Assembly (NCBI GenBank): GCA_965214935.1 | Contig: CBDCCS010000018.1 | Coordinates: 160,001-224,000, forward strand | Length of the DNA stretch: 64,000 nucleotides | Direction of reading: 5' to 3' | Source of the DNA: Candidatus Velthaea sp. | Lineage (GTDB): Bacteria > Vulcanimicrobiota > Vulcanimicrobiia > Vulcanimicrobiales > Vulcanimicrobiaceae | The notes under the pieces: model-generated | What the model was told of the DNA's origin: nothing | What the model saw: the letters and a program-made list of their open reading frames with translations, nothing else | Database searches by the model: none | Made by a program: the position numbers and the translations under genes | In this document: one piece after another, positions 9,657 to 19,158 of the stretch | Position numbering within the stretch: the stretch's first letter is position 1 | Layout of the letters: each line of letters opens with the position of its first letter

Positions 9657-11746
9657 GACGCGGCTTTGAGCTCCATGTTCGAGAGCGTGCGGATGTCGAA
9701 ATTGATCCCGTATTCTTCGAATTTTTTCATGCACATCGGCTGAACGCCGGTAAATACGAAGGCGCCGTTGACTTTACCGTCGCGGTCTAAGCCGCGCGAT
9801 TCATAGCGCGAAATATCTTGCATCGTAACCACATCGCCTTCGAGACCGACGACTTCGGAGATGCTCAGCAACTTGCGCGAACCATCGCGCATGCGCGATA
9901 GATGGAGCACCATATCGACGGCACTGGCGATCTGCTCGCGAATTGCGCGCACCGGGAGGTCGAAGCCCGCCATGAGCACCATCGTTTCGATACGCGAGAT
10001 CGCATCGCGCGTGCTGTTCGCGTGCAATGTCGTCAGCGAGCCGTCGTGACCGGTATTCATCGCTTGTAACATATCGAGCGCCTCGCCGCCGCGACACTCG
10101 CCGACGACGATCCGGTCGGGACGCATACGCAACGAGTTACGTAACAGATCGCGAATGCGAATCTCGCCGGCGCCTTGAATATTTGCCGGCCGCGACTCGA
10201 GCCGCACGACATGCTCTTGAGCGAGTGAAAGTTCGGCTGCGTCTTCGATGGTGACGATGCGTTCCGATGACGGCAGAAAGCTCGACAATACGTTGAGAAA
10301 CGTCGTTTTGCCTGAGCCGGTGCCGCCGGCTACCACGATATTTAGCCGCGCTTCGACGGCCGCGCGTAAAAAGTCGACGAGCTCGGGCGTGACGGCGCCG
10401 ATGCGCACGAGATCGGATGCCTGCATCCGGCGCTCGGGGAAGCGCCGGATCGTCAGTGTCGCGCCGTCGAGAGCCAGCGGACTGATGATGGCATTAACGC
10501 GCGAGCCGTCGATAAGACGGGCGTCGACCATCGGTTGCGATTCGTCGATGCGGCGACCGATCGGCGCGATGATCCGTTCGATGATCAGCCGCAATTGGCG
10601 CTCGCTGGTGAAGCGTTTGGCTGTTTTTTCAATCTTGCCGCTGCGCTCGACGAACACCCGATTCGCGCCGTTGACCATGATTTCGGTGATCGACGGGTCG
10701 CGCAGCAGATCTTCGAGCGGCCCCAGGCCGAGCGCTTCATCGATGATTTCTTGGCGCAGCGCGGCGATGTCTTCGGCCGAGCCGACGTCGGTGCGATACC
10801 CGAGCAACTCGGAGACGACCTCACCGACTTGAATGCGCAGTTCGGCCATTTTGCCGGCATCGTCGACGGCTCGCGTCGGATCGGCAAAATCCAGACGTTT
10901 CGTCAGTTCGTCGTTGATCTCGGACTTGAGCTGATCGCGCGTATCGCGCTGCCGGGTTTGCGGGCCGCTCGCTGCTTTGCCGTTTTGCGAATGTCCGTTA
11001 CTCGACGGAGCGGGTGCTGCTTCATCGGGTCGCCGGCGCGTACCCCGCCGATCGCCGATCGGCGCTTGCGACGACGGCTTGAGCGATAGCAGCGGCCCGT
11101 TTGCGGCCGGCGCAATGAGCGCCGCGGCAAGCGTATCGATGGCGCGATCGTACTTTTTATCGCTGTGGGCGGGCAATTCCACGATCGCTTTGAGCCCGAG
11201 CGCCGCTTCGATGTCGCCGCGTGAAACTTCATGCCGCGGGATGCGCCCGTTGAGCAGCATCATCTGGTGCGTGCGCGGTACGCCGAAGCGCTCGAGTTCG
11301 ATCTGCACCAGGCGCGCGTTGGTCAACCCGAGCAGCGTCGGTTCGACGATCAAAACGAATCGGCTGGCCCGCGTAACGAAGGCGCGAATCGCAGCGGCGA
11401 ACGGCTGCGCTGCATCGATGACGATGGCATCGCACGTATCGGTGAGATTTCCGGCAATCGCTTCGACGTCTTTGGGTGCGATAGTGAACGCGCCGTCGAT
11501 GGAAGCCGCCATCTCGATGACGGTAAGGCGGCCTTTGGCGGCGATTGCCATGTTTGCCGAGGTTCGGCTAGCATCGAGCGCCCGGACCATGTCGGTAAGC
11601 ACGGCAACACTGCGGCGCGCCGCAAAGTCCGCATCGACGAGCGCGACGTTATTCGCCTTGGCGATCGCCTGGGCGACGTCGACGCAGACGGTCGTCGCGC
11701 CGGTGCCGCCTTTCGTGCCGATGATGATCGATATCGGACCGTTCAT
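9650..11746 (-). CDS. cpaF: CpaE/TadZ-like ParA/MinD domain fused to CpaF/TadA pilus assembly ATPase
   Basis: N-terminal [10 protein letters not shown] deviant Walker A; C-terminal [51 protein letters not shown]. Confidence 0.92.
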   Translation of the reverse strand: MNGPISIIIGTKGGTGATTVCVDVAQAIAKANNVALVDADFAARRSVAVLTDMVRALDASRTSANMAIAAKGRLTVIEMAASIDGAFTIAPKDVEAIAGNLTDTCDAIVIDAAQPFAAAIRAFVTRASRFVLIVEPTLLGLTNARLVQIELERFGVPRTHQMMLLNGRIPRHEVSRGDIEAALGLKAIVELPAHSDKKYDRAIDTLAAALIAPAANGPLLSLKPSSQAPIGDRRGTRRRPDEAAPAPSSNGHSQNGKAASGPQTRQRDTRDQLKSEINDELTKRLDFADPTRAVDDAGKMAELRIQVGEVVSELLGYRTDVGSAEDIAALRQEIIDEALGLGPLEDLLRDPSITEIMVNGANRVFVERSGKIEKTAKRFTSERQLRLIIERIIAPIGRRIDESQPMVDARLIDGSRVNAIISPLALDGATLTIRRFPERRMQASDLVRIGAVTPELVDFLRAAVEARLNIVVAGGTGSGKTTFLNVLSSFLPSSERIVTIEDAAELSLAQEHVVRLESRPANIQGAGEIRIRDLLRNSLRMRPDRIVVGECRGGEALDMLQAMNTGHDGSLTTLHANSTRDAISRIETMVLMAGFDLPVRAIREQIASAVDMVLHLSRMRDGSRKLLSISEVVGLEGDVVTMQDISRYESRGLDRDGKVNGAFVFTGVQPMCMKKFEEYGINFDIRTLSNMELKAASW

Positions 11747-12612
11747 CGGAGCACGAAGTGATCGCCGTCGATGAGCGGCGGACCCATCGGCTTAGGTGCC
11801 GCCGACGCGGCCGGTTTGGGCGGCGCGGCGCTGACCGGCGCAGCGGCAACAGCCGCCGCGGGCACTGCTGCCGGTGCAGCCGTTTCGATTACGAACGGAT
11901 CGGCGCTCTCGGTGCGGCGCGAATCTTTGATCGAGCGCAACGCTAAGCGCAGCGTCGCATTGAGATCGGCGAGCGCGAGAATCTTTGCTTCCTTCGGCGT
12001 TACCGATAAGGTCGCCGTTTCGACCGTTACGTCGGGCGCGGGCGTCGCTCCGGCTGCTGCGGCGGTCGGCGTCTCTTGCGCCGAACCCATCGCCAGCACG
12101 ATTTTATTGCTCAGGATCGTTGCTGCGGCCGGTACCCCGGCACCACCCGTGCGGCCTTGGGTAACGGCGATGACGTCGACGTGGTCGCCGGCTTCGATTA
12201 AGTTGGCGACGCCTTTGACGCGATCGAGCGCGATGCTGATCGCGCGCTGACCGGCCGGGATACGCACCGTCAGCCCGCCTAAACCGAGCCGGCCGACCTT
12301 CGAGGCCGAAACGATACCGCCGGACGGGATCGAGATGAGGGCGATTTGTCCGGCAACGTCCGAAGCGCCGGCTAACGCATCCGGATCGACGGAATCCGCC
12401 GGTTTGCTCGTTACCGTCAACATTGCCGGCGTTATGACCGTGCGCACCGGTATGTCTTGGGTCGCCACAATGACGGTCCGCATCGCAACCGTGGTCGCGG
12501 TTTTGTTGACCGTCGATAGATAGTTAAACGCAAGCAGCCCGGTTCCGAGTGCCAGGATCGCGGCAATGACGATCGTCGTGGAACGTTTATTTAGTGAACG
12601 AACCGAAACCAT
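11743..12612 (-). CDS. cpaB: Flp pilus assembly protein CpaB/RcpC
   Basis: TM anchor, SAF-like VIVATQDIP, IPAGQRAISI...GVANLIEAGDHVDVI, TLSVTP, LRLALRS. Confidence 0.9.
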   Translation of the reverse strand: MVSVRSLNKRSTTIVIAAILALGTGLLAFNYLSTVNKTATTVAMRTVIVATQDIPVRTVITPAMLTVTSKPADSVDPDALAGASDVAGQIALISIPSGGIVSASKVGRLGLGGLTVRIPAGQRAISIALDRVKGVANLIEAGDHVDVIAVTQGRTGGAGVPAAATILSNKIVLAMGSAQETPTAAAAGATPAPDVTVETATLSVTPKEAKILALADLNATLRLALRSIKDSRRTESADPFVIETAAPAAVPAAAVAAAPVSAAPPKPAASAAPKPMGPPLIDGDHFVLR

Positions 12613-13109
12613 GGTGCGTAACTTTCCGAAGCAGCATACAAGAATGAGCCGGCACAGATTGCAAGTGCATATGGGACGCGCCGTGACTGCGCGGCCGGCG
12701 TGACATTCGTACCGGAAAGAGCGCTCATGGCGACGTTGCTGAGCATCGCGGCGAGACGCCGTTCCCGCAGCGCGTAAATCGCCCCAAGAACACCGCCGGC
12801 CGAAGCGATACACAGCAACGTAAGAAGATAGTTTGGAAATCCGACCGCCGCGGCGCCCGCGGCGAGCAACTTAATATCGCCGCCGCCGAGCCAGCCGAAT
12901 CCGAAGATAACGCTGCCGGCAAGGATGATTGCGACACTTGAACCGAGACTCGAGAAGAACCATAACGCGCCATGCGTCGCGTTGAGCGCAACGATGACGG
13001 CCGTCGTTCCGTAGGTCAGAACGTTCGGAACGCGCCGGCGGCGTAGATCCGTGACGCTTGCGATGAGACAAGACACGAGGAAGACGAGCAGCGGTATTTC
13101 GGACGTCAT
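12591..13109 (-). CDS. cpaA: Flp prepilin peptidase CpaA/TadV (A24)
   Basis: TDLRRRRVPN, LGGGDIKL, VPYALAI; follows flp. Confidence 0.88.
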   Translation of the reverse strand: MTSEIPLLVFLVSCLIASVTDLRRRRVPNVLTYGTTAVIVALNATHGALWFFSSLGSSVAIILAGSVIFGFGWLGGGDIKLLAAGAAAVGFPNYLLTLLCIASAGGVLGAIYALRERRLAAMLSNVAMSALSGTNVTPAAQSRRVPYALAICAGSFLYAASESYAPWFRFVH

Positions 13110-13118
13110 AATTGCGAT

Positions 13119-13153
13119 GAGCTACGCGAACGGTAGAAGCGTGCGCGTAGCTC
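13119..13153 (-). promoter_or_regulatory. 10-bp stem-loop between flp and cpaA (mRNA-stabilising or partial terminator)
   Basis: GAGCTACGCG (13119-13128) pairs with CGCGTAGCTC (13144-13153). Confidence 0.55.
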
Positions 13154-13173
13154 GCGCCGATGCAGTTCCGTTA

Positions 13174-13344
13174 TTAGGCTTTGGCGAGACTGCCTGAAAG
13201 CGTGCTGAACGCCGTTTTGATCGTGCCGCCGAGGGTCGTGATCGTAGCGATACAAGCAATTGCGATCAGTGAAACGATGAGTGCGTACTCGACGAGCGTC
13301 GCGCCGTCTTCATCGATGAGAACGTTTTTGAGATTGTTGAACAC
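13174..13344 (-). CDS. flp: Flp family type IV pilin (likely major pilin)
   Basis: DEDG/ATLVEYALIVSLIA Flp motif; GTG start preceded by AAAGGA. Confidence 0.92.
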   Translation of the reverse strand: MFNNLKNVLIDEDGATLVEYALIVSLIAIACIATITTLGGTIKTAFSTLSGSLAKA

Positions 13345-13385
13345 GTGAGAGTCCTTTGCGAAAGTGGAAGTGAGCGGTGAGGTGA

Positions 13386-14111
13386 CTACTTCTTGGGCCA
13401 TTCGTCAAGACCGGATGTCTTGATGTGCGGACTTGGAACTCCGATGGTTACACGCGCGTAAGCCGACGACGCTCCGGCGAGAGTCGACGCCCGGGCGATA
13501 AGGATCGTCCGGGGGTGCGTGTCTTGACCATAATGTACTTCGGCAGAAAATGTCCCATCAGTAGCGGTCGTAACGCTCGTGCGAGAAAGAACGACCACGG
13601 GCAAGTCCGTCGATAGCTCGCCGGACAGCGTGAGAAGGATCGTCGCGCCGGCGGGACCATTGCCCGTCAGGACGAGCGTTTCACGGCCCGGAATCTGGTG
13701 CGCATCGAGCGTTACGGCATCACTCGGCACGGCCGCTTGCGCACGGTCGTGCGGCTCGACCGGCGCGCTTCCCGTATCGACGTCGCGCGCCGGATAGTGC
13801 GTGGCAATCTGACGCAGCGTTTGCGCGAGTTGCGCGGAAATAATAAAATCGTGACCGTCGAATCGCGGCGCGCGATCGGCAATCGGCGTAGCATTGTTAA
13901 TTTCGTAGAACACTTGTCCGGCGTGCAGTACGATACGAACGCCCGGTCGCAGAAGTGTAACTCCGGCTTCACTGGGCATCCATTCAAACGTGTAGCCGCT
14001 TTGCGCGGCCAAGATCTTTAAGCGAACGGCGTCATCGGCTTGTGCCGCTACCCCCGAACAGATGACGGCAACGCCGACCGTAACGGCCAGACGGATCGTA
14101 GACCAAAACAT
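13386..14111 (-). CDS. Secreted hypothetical protein heading the flp operon
   Basis: Signal peptide (AQA-DD) and AAGGAG RBS; N-terminal domain loosely resembles copper amine oxidase N-terminal/stalk domains. Confidence 0.65.
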   Translation of the reverse strand: MFWSTIRLAVTVGVAVICSGVAAQADDAVRLKILAAQSGYTFEWMPSEAGVTLLRPGVRIVLHAGQVFYEINNATPIADRAPRFDGHDFIISAQLAQTLRQIATHYPARDVDTGSAPVEPHDRAQAAVPSDAVTLDAHQIPGRETLVLTGNGPAGATILLTLSGELSTDLPVVVLSRTSVTTATDGTFSAEVHYGQDTHPRTILIARASTLAGASSAYARVTIGVPSPHIKTSGLDEWPKK

Positions 14112-14254
14112 GCGGGCTCCTTAAACGATGGGCTCGTGTTGTGAGTCTAGGCCGCGCTTCGCGGGTTGGGAAGTGGGCGCCGAAATTCTTGACGCAATGC
14201 TCGCGCTGTGTTAACGCGTTAACGCCTATCTGCCGATCTATACTGTGAAGGTCC

Positions 14255-15733
14255 GTGAAGTCACGCGGTTCATTTGCATTTTCGCTAAGGGGCGTTGTCT
14301 TGATCCCATCGTTCGCTCGTCGTCTCGTCGCGGTTCTCGGAGCTCTCGTCCTATCGACGGCGGTGCCCGGCGTTGCTCAAAGCGTTTCTACCGAAGCAGC
14401 CTCGGTTGCGGTCATATCGGTGCCGACCGGTGAATCCACGACCCTGGCCGTCACGGGCGTCACCCGTTTAGCGATCGGTGACGGGCAGATCGCGGGCGTC
14501 GTCATGGCCGGTAGCGGACAATTACTCGTTAACGGAAAGTCGCACGGGCATACGACGCTGTTTGTCTGGCAAGGCGTGTCGCGTAAGACGTACCTCATTA
14601 ATGTGACCGAGCAATCGCTGAGCGAGTATGCGCGCGTGTTGCGTAATGCGCTCGACGAACAGCACGTGACCGTTGCGGTGGCCAAGAATGCGATCGTCAT
14701 CAGCGGCAGTGTCGGCGACGTTGCGCGCTTTGCGCGCATTAGCGATATCGTCAACCGCTTCGCCGAACTATCGAAGGCGGAAAAATTCGAGGTCGTCAAC
14801 GCCGTCACGGTAACCCAAGAACTGGGAACTTTGCAGCGCGAGCTCACGCGTATGCCGGGGCTCGAGAGAGTCAGCGTCGACCTCGACGGTAAAGGTAACG
14901 TCGTCGTCAGCGGCGTCGTTCGCGATCGGCAAGCCGCCGAACTTGCGTTGCAGCGCGCCGGCGGGATCGCGGGCGCGTTCCTGAGTTCCGACGGTAAGGT
15001 GATCGACCGCCTGAGCATGGATAAAACCACGCAAATCGGCGTCAAAGTCTACATTTTAGAGATCGATAATTCCGGACTCACGCAACTCGGACTGCGCTTG
15101 CAAGGCGCAAATCCGGACCCCGCTAATCCGGGTGCTTTCATTTACGGCGATCCGCAATTTCTCGGTCTCGAAGGCGCAACTGCTTCGGCGCTCAACGTTG
15201 CGCCGTTCATGCGGATCACGCATCTGGCGCCGACGCTCGATGCGATTTTACGCACCGGCCATGCCAAGATCTTGTCGGAACCCAACCTTGTGACATCGCC
15301 CGGCATGGCGGCAAAATTCCTCGTCGGCGGTGAAATCCCGTATGCGTTTTCAACCGGCCTCGGACAGATTTCGATCGAGTTCAAGGAGTACGGCGTGAAA
15401 TTAGATATGACGCCCAAGATTTTAGGTAACGGCAGCATCGAGACGTTGATTGCGCCCGAAGTTTCCGATCTTGATTACCAAAATGGTATCAGCCTGAACG
15501 GTTTTGTCGTGCCCGCGCTCAAGACCAGTAAATTATCGACCGACATGATCACGCAGCCCGGCGAGAGCGTCGTCATGGGCGGACTGTTGCGCCGGATCGA
15601 GCAGCGGACCATCGACCGCATTCCGGTGCTCGGCGATCTGCCGGTGCTGGGCAAGCTGTTCCGTTCGACTCGCTATCAAAATTCGCAGACCGATGTCGTG
15701 TTCGTAATGACGCCCGAAACGATCGTACGATGA
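14255..15733 (+). CDS. cpaC: Tad secretin CpaC/RcpA
   Basis: Pilus-N domain (RLAIGDGQIA...GHTTLFVW), BON-like segments, secretin core ILSEPNL..., FLVGGEIP, KEYGVKL, IPVLGDLPVLGKLFRS; start uncertain. Confidence 0.92.
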   Translation: MKSRGSFAFSLRGVVLIPSFARRLVAVLGALVLSTAVPGVAQSVSTEAASVAVISVPTGESTTLAVTGVTRLAIGDGQIAGVVMAGSGQLLVNGKSHGHTTLFVWQGVSRKTYLINVTEQSLSEYARVLRNALDEQHVTVAVAKNAIVISGSVGDVARFARISDIVNRFAELSKAEKFEVVNAVTVTQELGTLQRELTRMPGLERVSVDLDGKGNVVVSGVVRDRQAAELALQRAGGIAGAFLSSDGKVIDRLSMDKTTQIGVKVYILEIDNSGLTQLGLRLQGANPDPANPGAFIYGDPQFLGLEGATASALNVAPFMRITHLAPTLDAILRTGHAKILSEPNLVTSPGMAAKFLVGGEIPYAFSTGLGQISIEFKEYGVKLDMTPKILGNGSIETLIAPEVSDLDYQNGISLNGFVVPALKTSKLSTDMITQPGESVVMGGLLRRIEQRTIDRIPVLGDLPVLGKLFRSTRYQNSQTDVVFVMTPETIVR

Positions 15734-15915
15734 TCGCGAAGCTTACGCATCTCGTTGCGGATGAGAGCGGCGGCGTGCTCGTCGAGTACGCGCTGGTTTT
15801 AGGGCTTGTTTCGATGGTGGCCATCGGCGCGCTGCAGTCATTCGGCAGCGTGCTCGAAACGTTCTTTGCCAATTCATCGGCGCAACTGGCGAATGTTGCT
15901 CAGGCGGCGAAGTGA
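15730..15915 (+). CDS. flp: Second Flp family pilin
   Basis: DESG/GVLVEYALVLGLV motif; ATGA overlap with the secretin gene. Confidence 0.85.
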   Translation: MIAKLTHLVADESGGVLVEYALVLGLVSMVAIGALQSFGSVLETFFANSSAQLANVAQAAK

Positions 15916-15916
15916 C

Positions 15917-16870
15917 GTGACGTCACAGCGCGGTGCCGTCCTCGTTGAATCTGCGTTTGCCGTTACGTTCATCATGGCGCTGGTGTACGGCTCGATTCAG
16001 CTCGGCATGGTCGGTCTCGAGCAGTTGACCGTTGACGGAGGCGCATTTACCGCCGCTCATCAGCAAGCGTTGCTGGGCGCAAATCCGCACGGTTATCAAG
16101 ATGCACCGACGCTGGCCAAAGCGACGTTGCCGCATCTGAATTCGCCCAACGTCAGCGTGCCGGAGCCGGCCATCGGCGAACCGCCGACGACGGAAGCCGC
16201 GGGTAACTATTTTCTCAATAAACCGAACGCCCGTCACGGCGGCGTCTCGATGATTCAACCGACGCAAACGATCGCGACCGTCACCAGCACGAACTTTGCC
16301 AGTTTATTGCTCGATGCTTCGCAAAAGATTAGCGTTACGGGGATCGCCATCGATCCGGCGTTTCGTTTGATCAACGGTCACGGCGACGTTTCCGGCTCGG
16401 CGTTCAACTCGGCTGCTGCGTTCGCGACGGCGACCGATCCGCTCGTCGACGGCGATAACGCTCCGCCGTATTTTATCGGCTTCAATTACATGTCCATGTG
16501 TCCGCAAGCCTATGCCGGCACGACCTGGGGCAGCTCGTGTCCGGTGTCGGCGCAGTTCGTCGGCCTGGGACTCGCCGAATATCTCGACTCCAAGAATTGG
16601 GGCCGGCCGATCAACGGCGTGGTCCCCGATGGACAAGCCGTGTTTTACGAAGCGCGCTTACATCAAAACAAGTTTGCCGACATCGCCGGCGCGTTGGTCT
16701 CTGCCGGTGGCAATACTACGACACTCGCAAGCGTGCTCAACCCGAACCAAGCCGGCCCGGTAAAATGCGTTTATTCGTTTGATAATACGCAGCTTGGCGC
16801 ATACGCCGTCGGAACGACGCATATCGGCGATTTCCCCTTGAATCCGGGCGGCGATCCGGCTGCATGCTGA
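15917..16870 (+). CDS. TadE-like pseudopilin with large C-terminal domain
   Basis: QRG/AVLVESAF type III signal; GTG at 15917. Confidence 0.75.
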   Translation: MTSQRGAVLVESAFAVTFIMALVYGSIQLGMVGLEQLTVDGGAFTAAHQQALLGANPHGYQDAPTLAKATLPHLNSPNVSVPEPAIGEPPTTEAAGNYFLNKPNARHGGVSMIQPTQTIATVTSTNFASLLLDASQKISVTGIAIDPAFRLINGHGDVSGSAFNSAAAFATATDPLVDGDNAPPYFIGFNYMSMCPQAYAGTTWGSSCPVSAQFVGLGLAEYLDSKNWGRPINGVVPDGQAVFYEARLHQNKFADIAGALVSAGGNTTTLASVLNPNQAGPVKCVYSFDNTQLGAYAVGTTHIGDFPLNPGGDPAAC

Positions 16871-17946
16871 CCCTCGAACGTCAACGCGGTCAAACGCTGC
16901 CGCTCACGCTTGCCGGTGCCATTGCGATCCTGGTGTTTGCATTTTTCGGTATCAATTACGCCAACACGTTACGCTGGCAGGTGCGGGCGCAAAATGCCGC
17001 CGACGCCGCCGCTCAGGCGATTTTGACCTTGCAGACCCAGCAGTTCAACGAAATGACGGCGACGTTGTATGCCGGTGCAGTCGAAGAGTATCGTATCCGG
17101 CATTTGCTCAATGCCATGGTCCTCGCGGCGCATGGAAACGGCGGCTGCAATAACGGTCAACTCGCTAAACTCTTGCCCGGCGGCTGTACGTACATTCTGC
17201 TGAACCAACTCGAGCCGGCGTACGACGCCGCCGTCGGGCGTTACTCCGGTGACGTTCTTGCCTTACATCAAGTGACGGCAGCGCTCAATTTCAGCAACAT
17301 CAAGACCGACGCGCTCGCCTTACTTGCAAAAATCGGCGATTGCACCAGTGCACTCGGCGACAGCGGCAACTGTTCTTTTAAATATGGAACGCCGGTCATC
17401 GGTACGCGCTCGGATACCGAATCGGTTTTTATGGATGCCAGCGGCGTGATCAAACCGACACCCGGCAATCAAACGGCGCTTGCATCGACGGTGAGTTCGC
17501 CCGGCTCGCCGCCGCTCAATACCGCGCTGTTCGCGCCGCTGCAAGTCGAAGTGTATGCATGCGCGACGGTTCCGTCGCTCATTCCAAGTTTTGCCGGCTG
17601 GAACTTCCCGCCGTTCAAGGCGATCGCGCGCGGCGCGGCAACGCCGGTGATGGTCGAAGAAGATTGGCTGCAGCCCGGAACGATTTACAATCCGTACGCC
17701 AATCCGCAAGCACCGTACCAACCGCCCGAGAATTTTCTGAGCAACCGGGTCATCACCGATTCGAGCGGCTATGACTGGTACAACTTAGATTTCGGCGGCA
17801 ACGGCGTCGTCGCCGTTGCCGGCCAGCATTTCATCAACACCGTTTTGCGCGACGAATTCAGCGTCTATATCGGCTGGTGGAATTCAATCCCGATCCATCC
17901 ATTTAGCGGTCAAAAATCTGCTGCGGCTTTGGGGTGTGGAACGTGA
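16864..17946 (+). CDS. TadG-like pseudopilin
   Basis: QRG/QTLPL hydrophobic helix followed by AQNAADAAA Tad-domain motif. Confidence 0.8.
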   Translation: MLTLERQRGQTLPLTLAGAIAILVFAFFGINYANTLRWQVRAQNAADAAAQAILTLQTQQFNEMTATLYAGAVEEYRIRHLLNAMVLAAHGNGGCNNGQLAKLLPGGCTYILLNQLEPAYDAAVGRYSGDVLALHQVTAALNFSNIKTDALALLAKIGDCTSALGDSGNCSFKYGTPVIGTRSDTESVFMDASGVIKPTPGNQTALASTVSSPGSPPLNTALFAPLQVEVYACATVPSLIPSFAGWNFPPFKAIARGAATPVMVEEDWLQPGTIYNPYANPQAPYQPPENFLSNRVITDSSGYDWYNLDFGGNGVVAVAGQHFINTVLRDEFSVYIGWWNSIPIHPFSGQKSAAALGCGT

Positions 17947-19127
17947 AATATCAACGCGGTGCGGCGCTCATCGAGACGGCGATCGCGATGCCGGCGATGT
18001 TGTTGGCGCTCTACGGAGTCACGTGGGGGATTCGCGCCGGAACGGTCTCGGAACGTGCAGAGGCGGCCGTTCGCTATGCGGGCGTCATTTCCGCACAGCA
18101 GAATCCGCAACACGATTACAGCCTCAATACGCTCTACAATAACTTGGGTGATGACGATACCGTCCCGACTTCGCCGTGTGCCGAGCCCAATGCGCTCTAC
18201 CTCAGCGGCGGTGCGCTGCCGAACACGCATCCGCAAAATGGAACGCCCGCGACGCAGACCGTCGTGCCGTCATTCTGGGCTCCGGATGCCGGCTCGATCA
18301 CGCCGGCCTGCGATCACTCAGTGCAGCGTCAGGCGTTTACCGGCAACACCGGCCGGTCGTACTTGCTCTTGCAGAGTGTCCCGGTAATCTCAGCAAATGT
18401 CTCGAACTCCACGCTCTTCTCGAGTTCGGGGCTCTCGACGTTCATCCAGACAAAAGATAAGTTCTATCGCTCGCCCGACCTGTCGACGCTCATGCACTGT
18501 GCAACGGCACTTAACGCCGCCGTGTCGTCGTCGCTCGCTCCGCTCAAATACCCGACTGCCGGCAACGTCAAAGCGCTGGCGCCGAACGACTTCAATCCGC
18601 ACCCGTTTCCGGTAAGCCCGAACTGTTCGACGGGAATCGGGGCGCCGATCGTTCCGCCGCCGCCGGTAACCGGTTACGATCCGCCGGGCACCGTTCCGTC
18701 GACATCGCCGGCTCCGCCGTCATCGCCAAGCCCGACGCCGACGCCGACCAAAGCGCCGACGCCGACGCCGACGCCGCAGCCCACGCTGACGCCGACCGCT
18801 GCGCCGACGGCGAAACCGACGGCCGCCGCAACCGCAACGCCCGCCCCGGCTCCGTCAAGCAGCGGTAACGGTAACGGCGGAAACGGCAACGGCTCGCCGA
18901 CGCCCACGCCAACTCCGACCGGCGCGGGCCCGGCTACGCCGACCCCCGCACCGCCGTGTTGCAGCCCGCCTACAAGCCCGCCGACAGCGGCACCGACAGT
19001 TACACCTGCCACGCCTGTCCCGACGAAGTCGCCGGCAACACCGGTGCCGACCGCTCCGCCGACGCCGGTGCCGACGGTCAGGCCGGTCCCGACACCGACC
19101 GCCGGACCGCCGGGCTCGATCTCCTAG
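17943..19127 (+). CDS. TadE-like pseudopilin with Pro/Thr-rich C-terminal tail
   Basis: QRG/AALIETAIAMP and AAVRYA; GTGA overlap at 17943. Confidence 0.8.
   Translation: MKYQRGAALIETAIAMPAMLLALYGVTWGIRAGTVSERAEAAVRYAGVISAQQNPQHDYSLNTLYNNLGDDDTVPTSPCAEPNALYLSGGALPNTHPQNGTPATQTVVPSFWAPDAGSITPACDHSVQRQAFTGNTGRSYLLLQSVPVISANVSNSTLFSSSGLSTFIQTKDKFYRSPDLSTLMHCATALNAAVSSSLAPLKYPTAGNVKALAPNDFNPHPFPVSPNCSTGIGAPIVPPPPVTGYDPPGTVPSTSPAPPSSPSPTPTPTKAPTPTPTPQPTLTPTAAPTAKPTAAATATPAPAPSSSGNGNGGNGNGSPTPTPTPTGAGPATPTPAPPCCSPPTSPPTAAPTVTPATPVPTKSPATPVPTAPPTPVPTVRPVPTPTAGPPGSIS
18652..19115 (+). repeat. Coding low-complexity (PT)n/CCGACG repeats
   Basis: Repeated ccgacg units encoding PTPTPT/PVPT. Confidence 0.8.
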
Positions 19128-19158
19128 CCCGGCACACCGGCCGCCGCCGCACTGCGTT

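Noticed and set aside
14210..14223. CtrA box
   Set aside because: The TTAA half-sites are spaced by 4 nt, not 7, and the host does not look alphaproteobacterial.
18720..19110. Short tandem repeats as a CRISPR array or non-coding VNTR
   Set aside because: They are degenerate, in-frame PT codons with no repeat-spacer structure and no cas genes.
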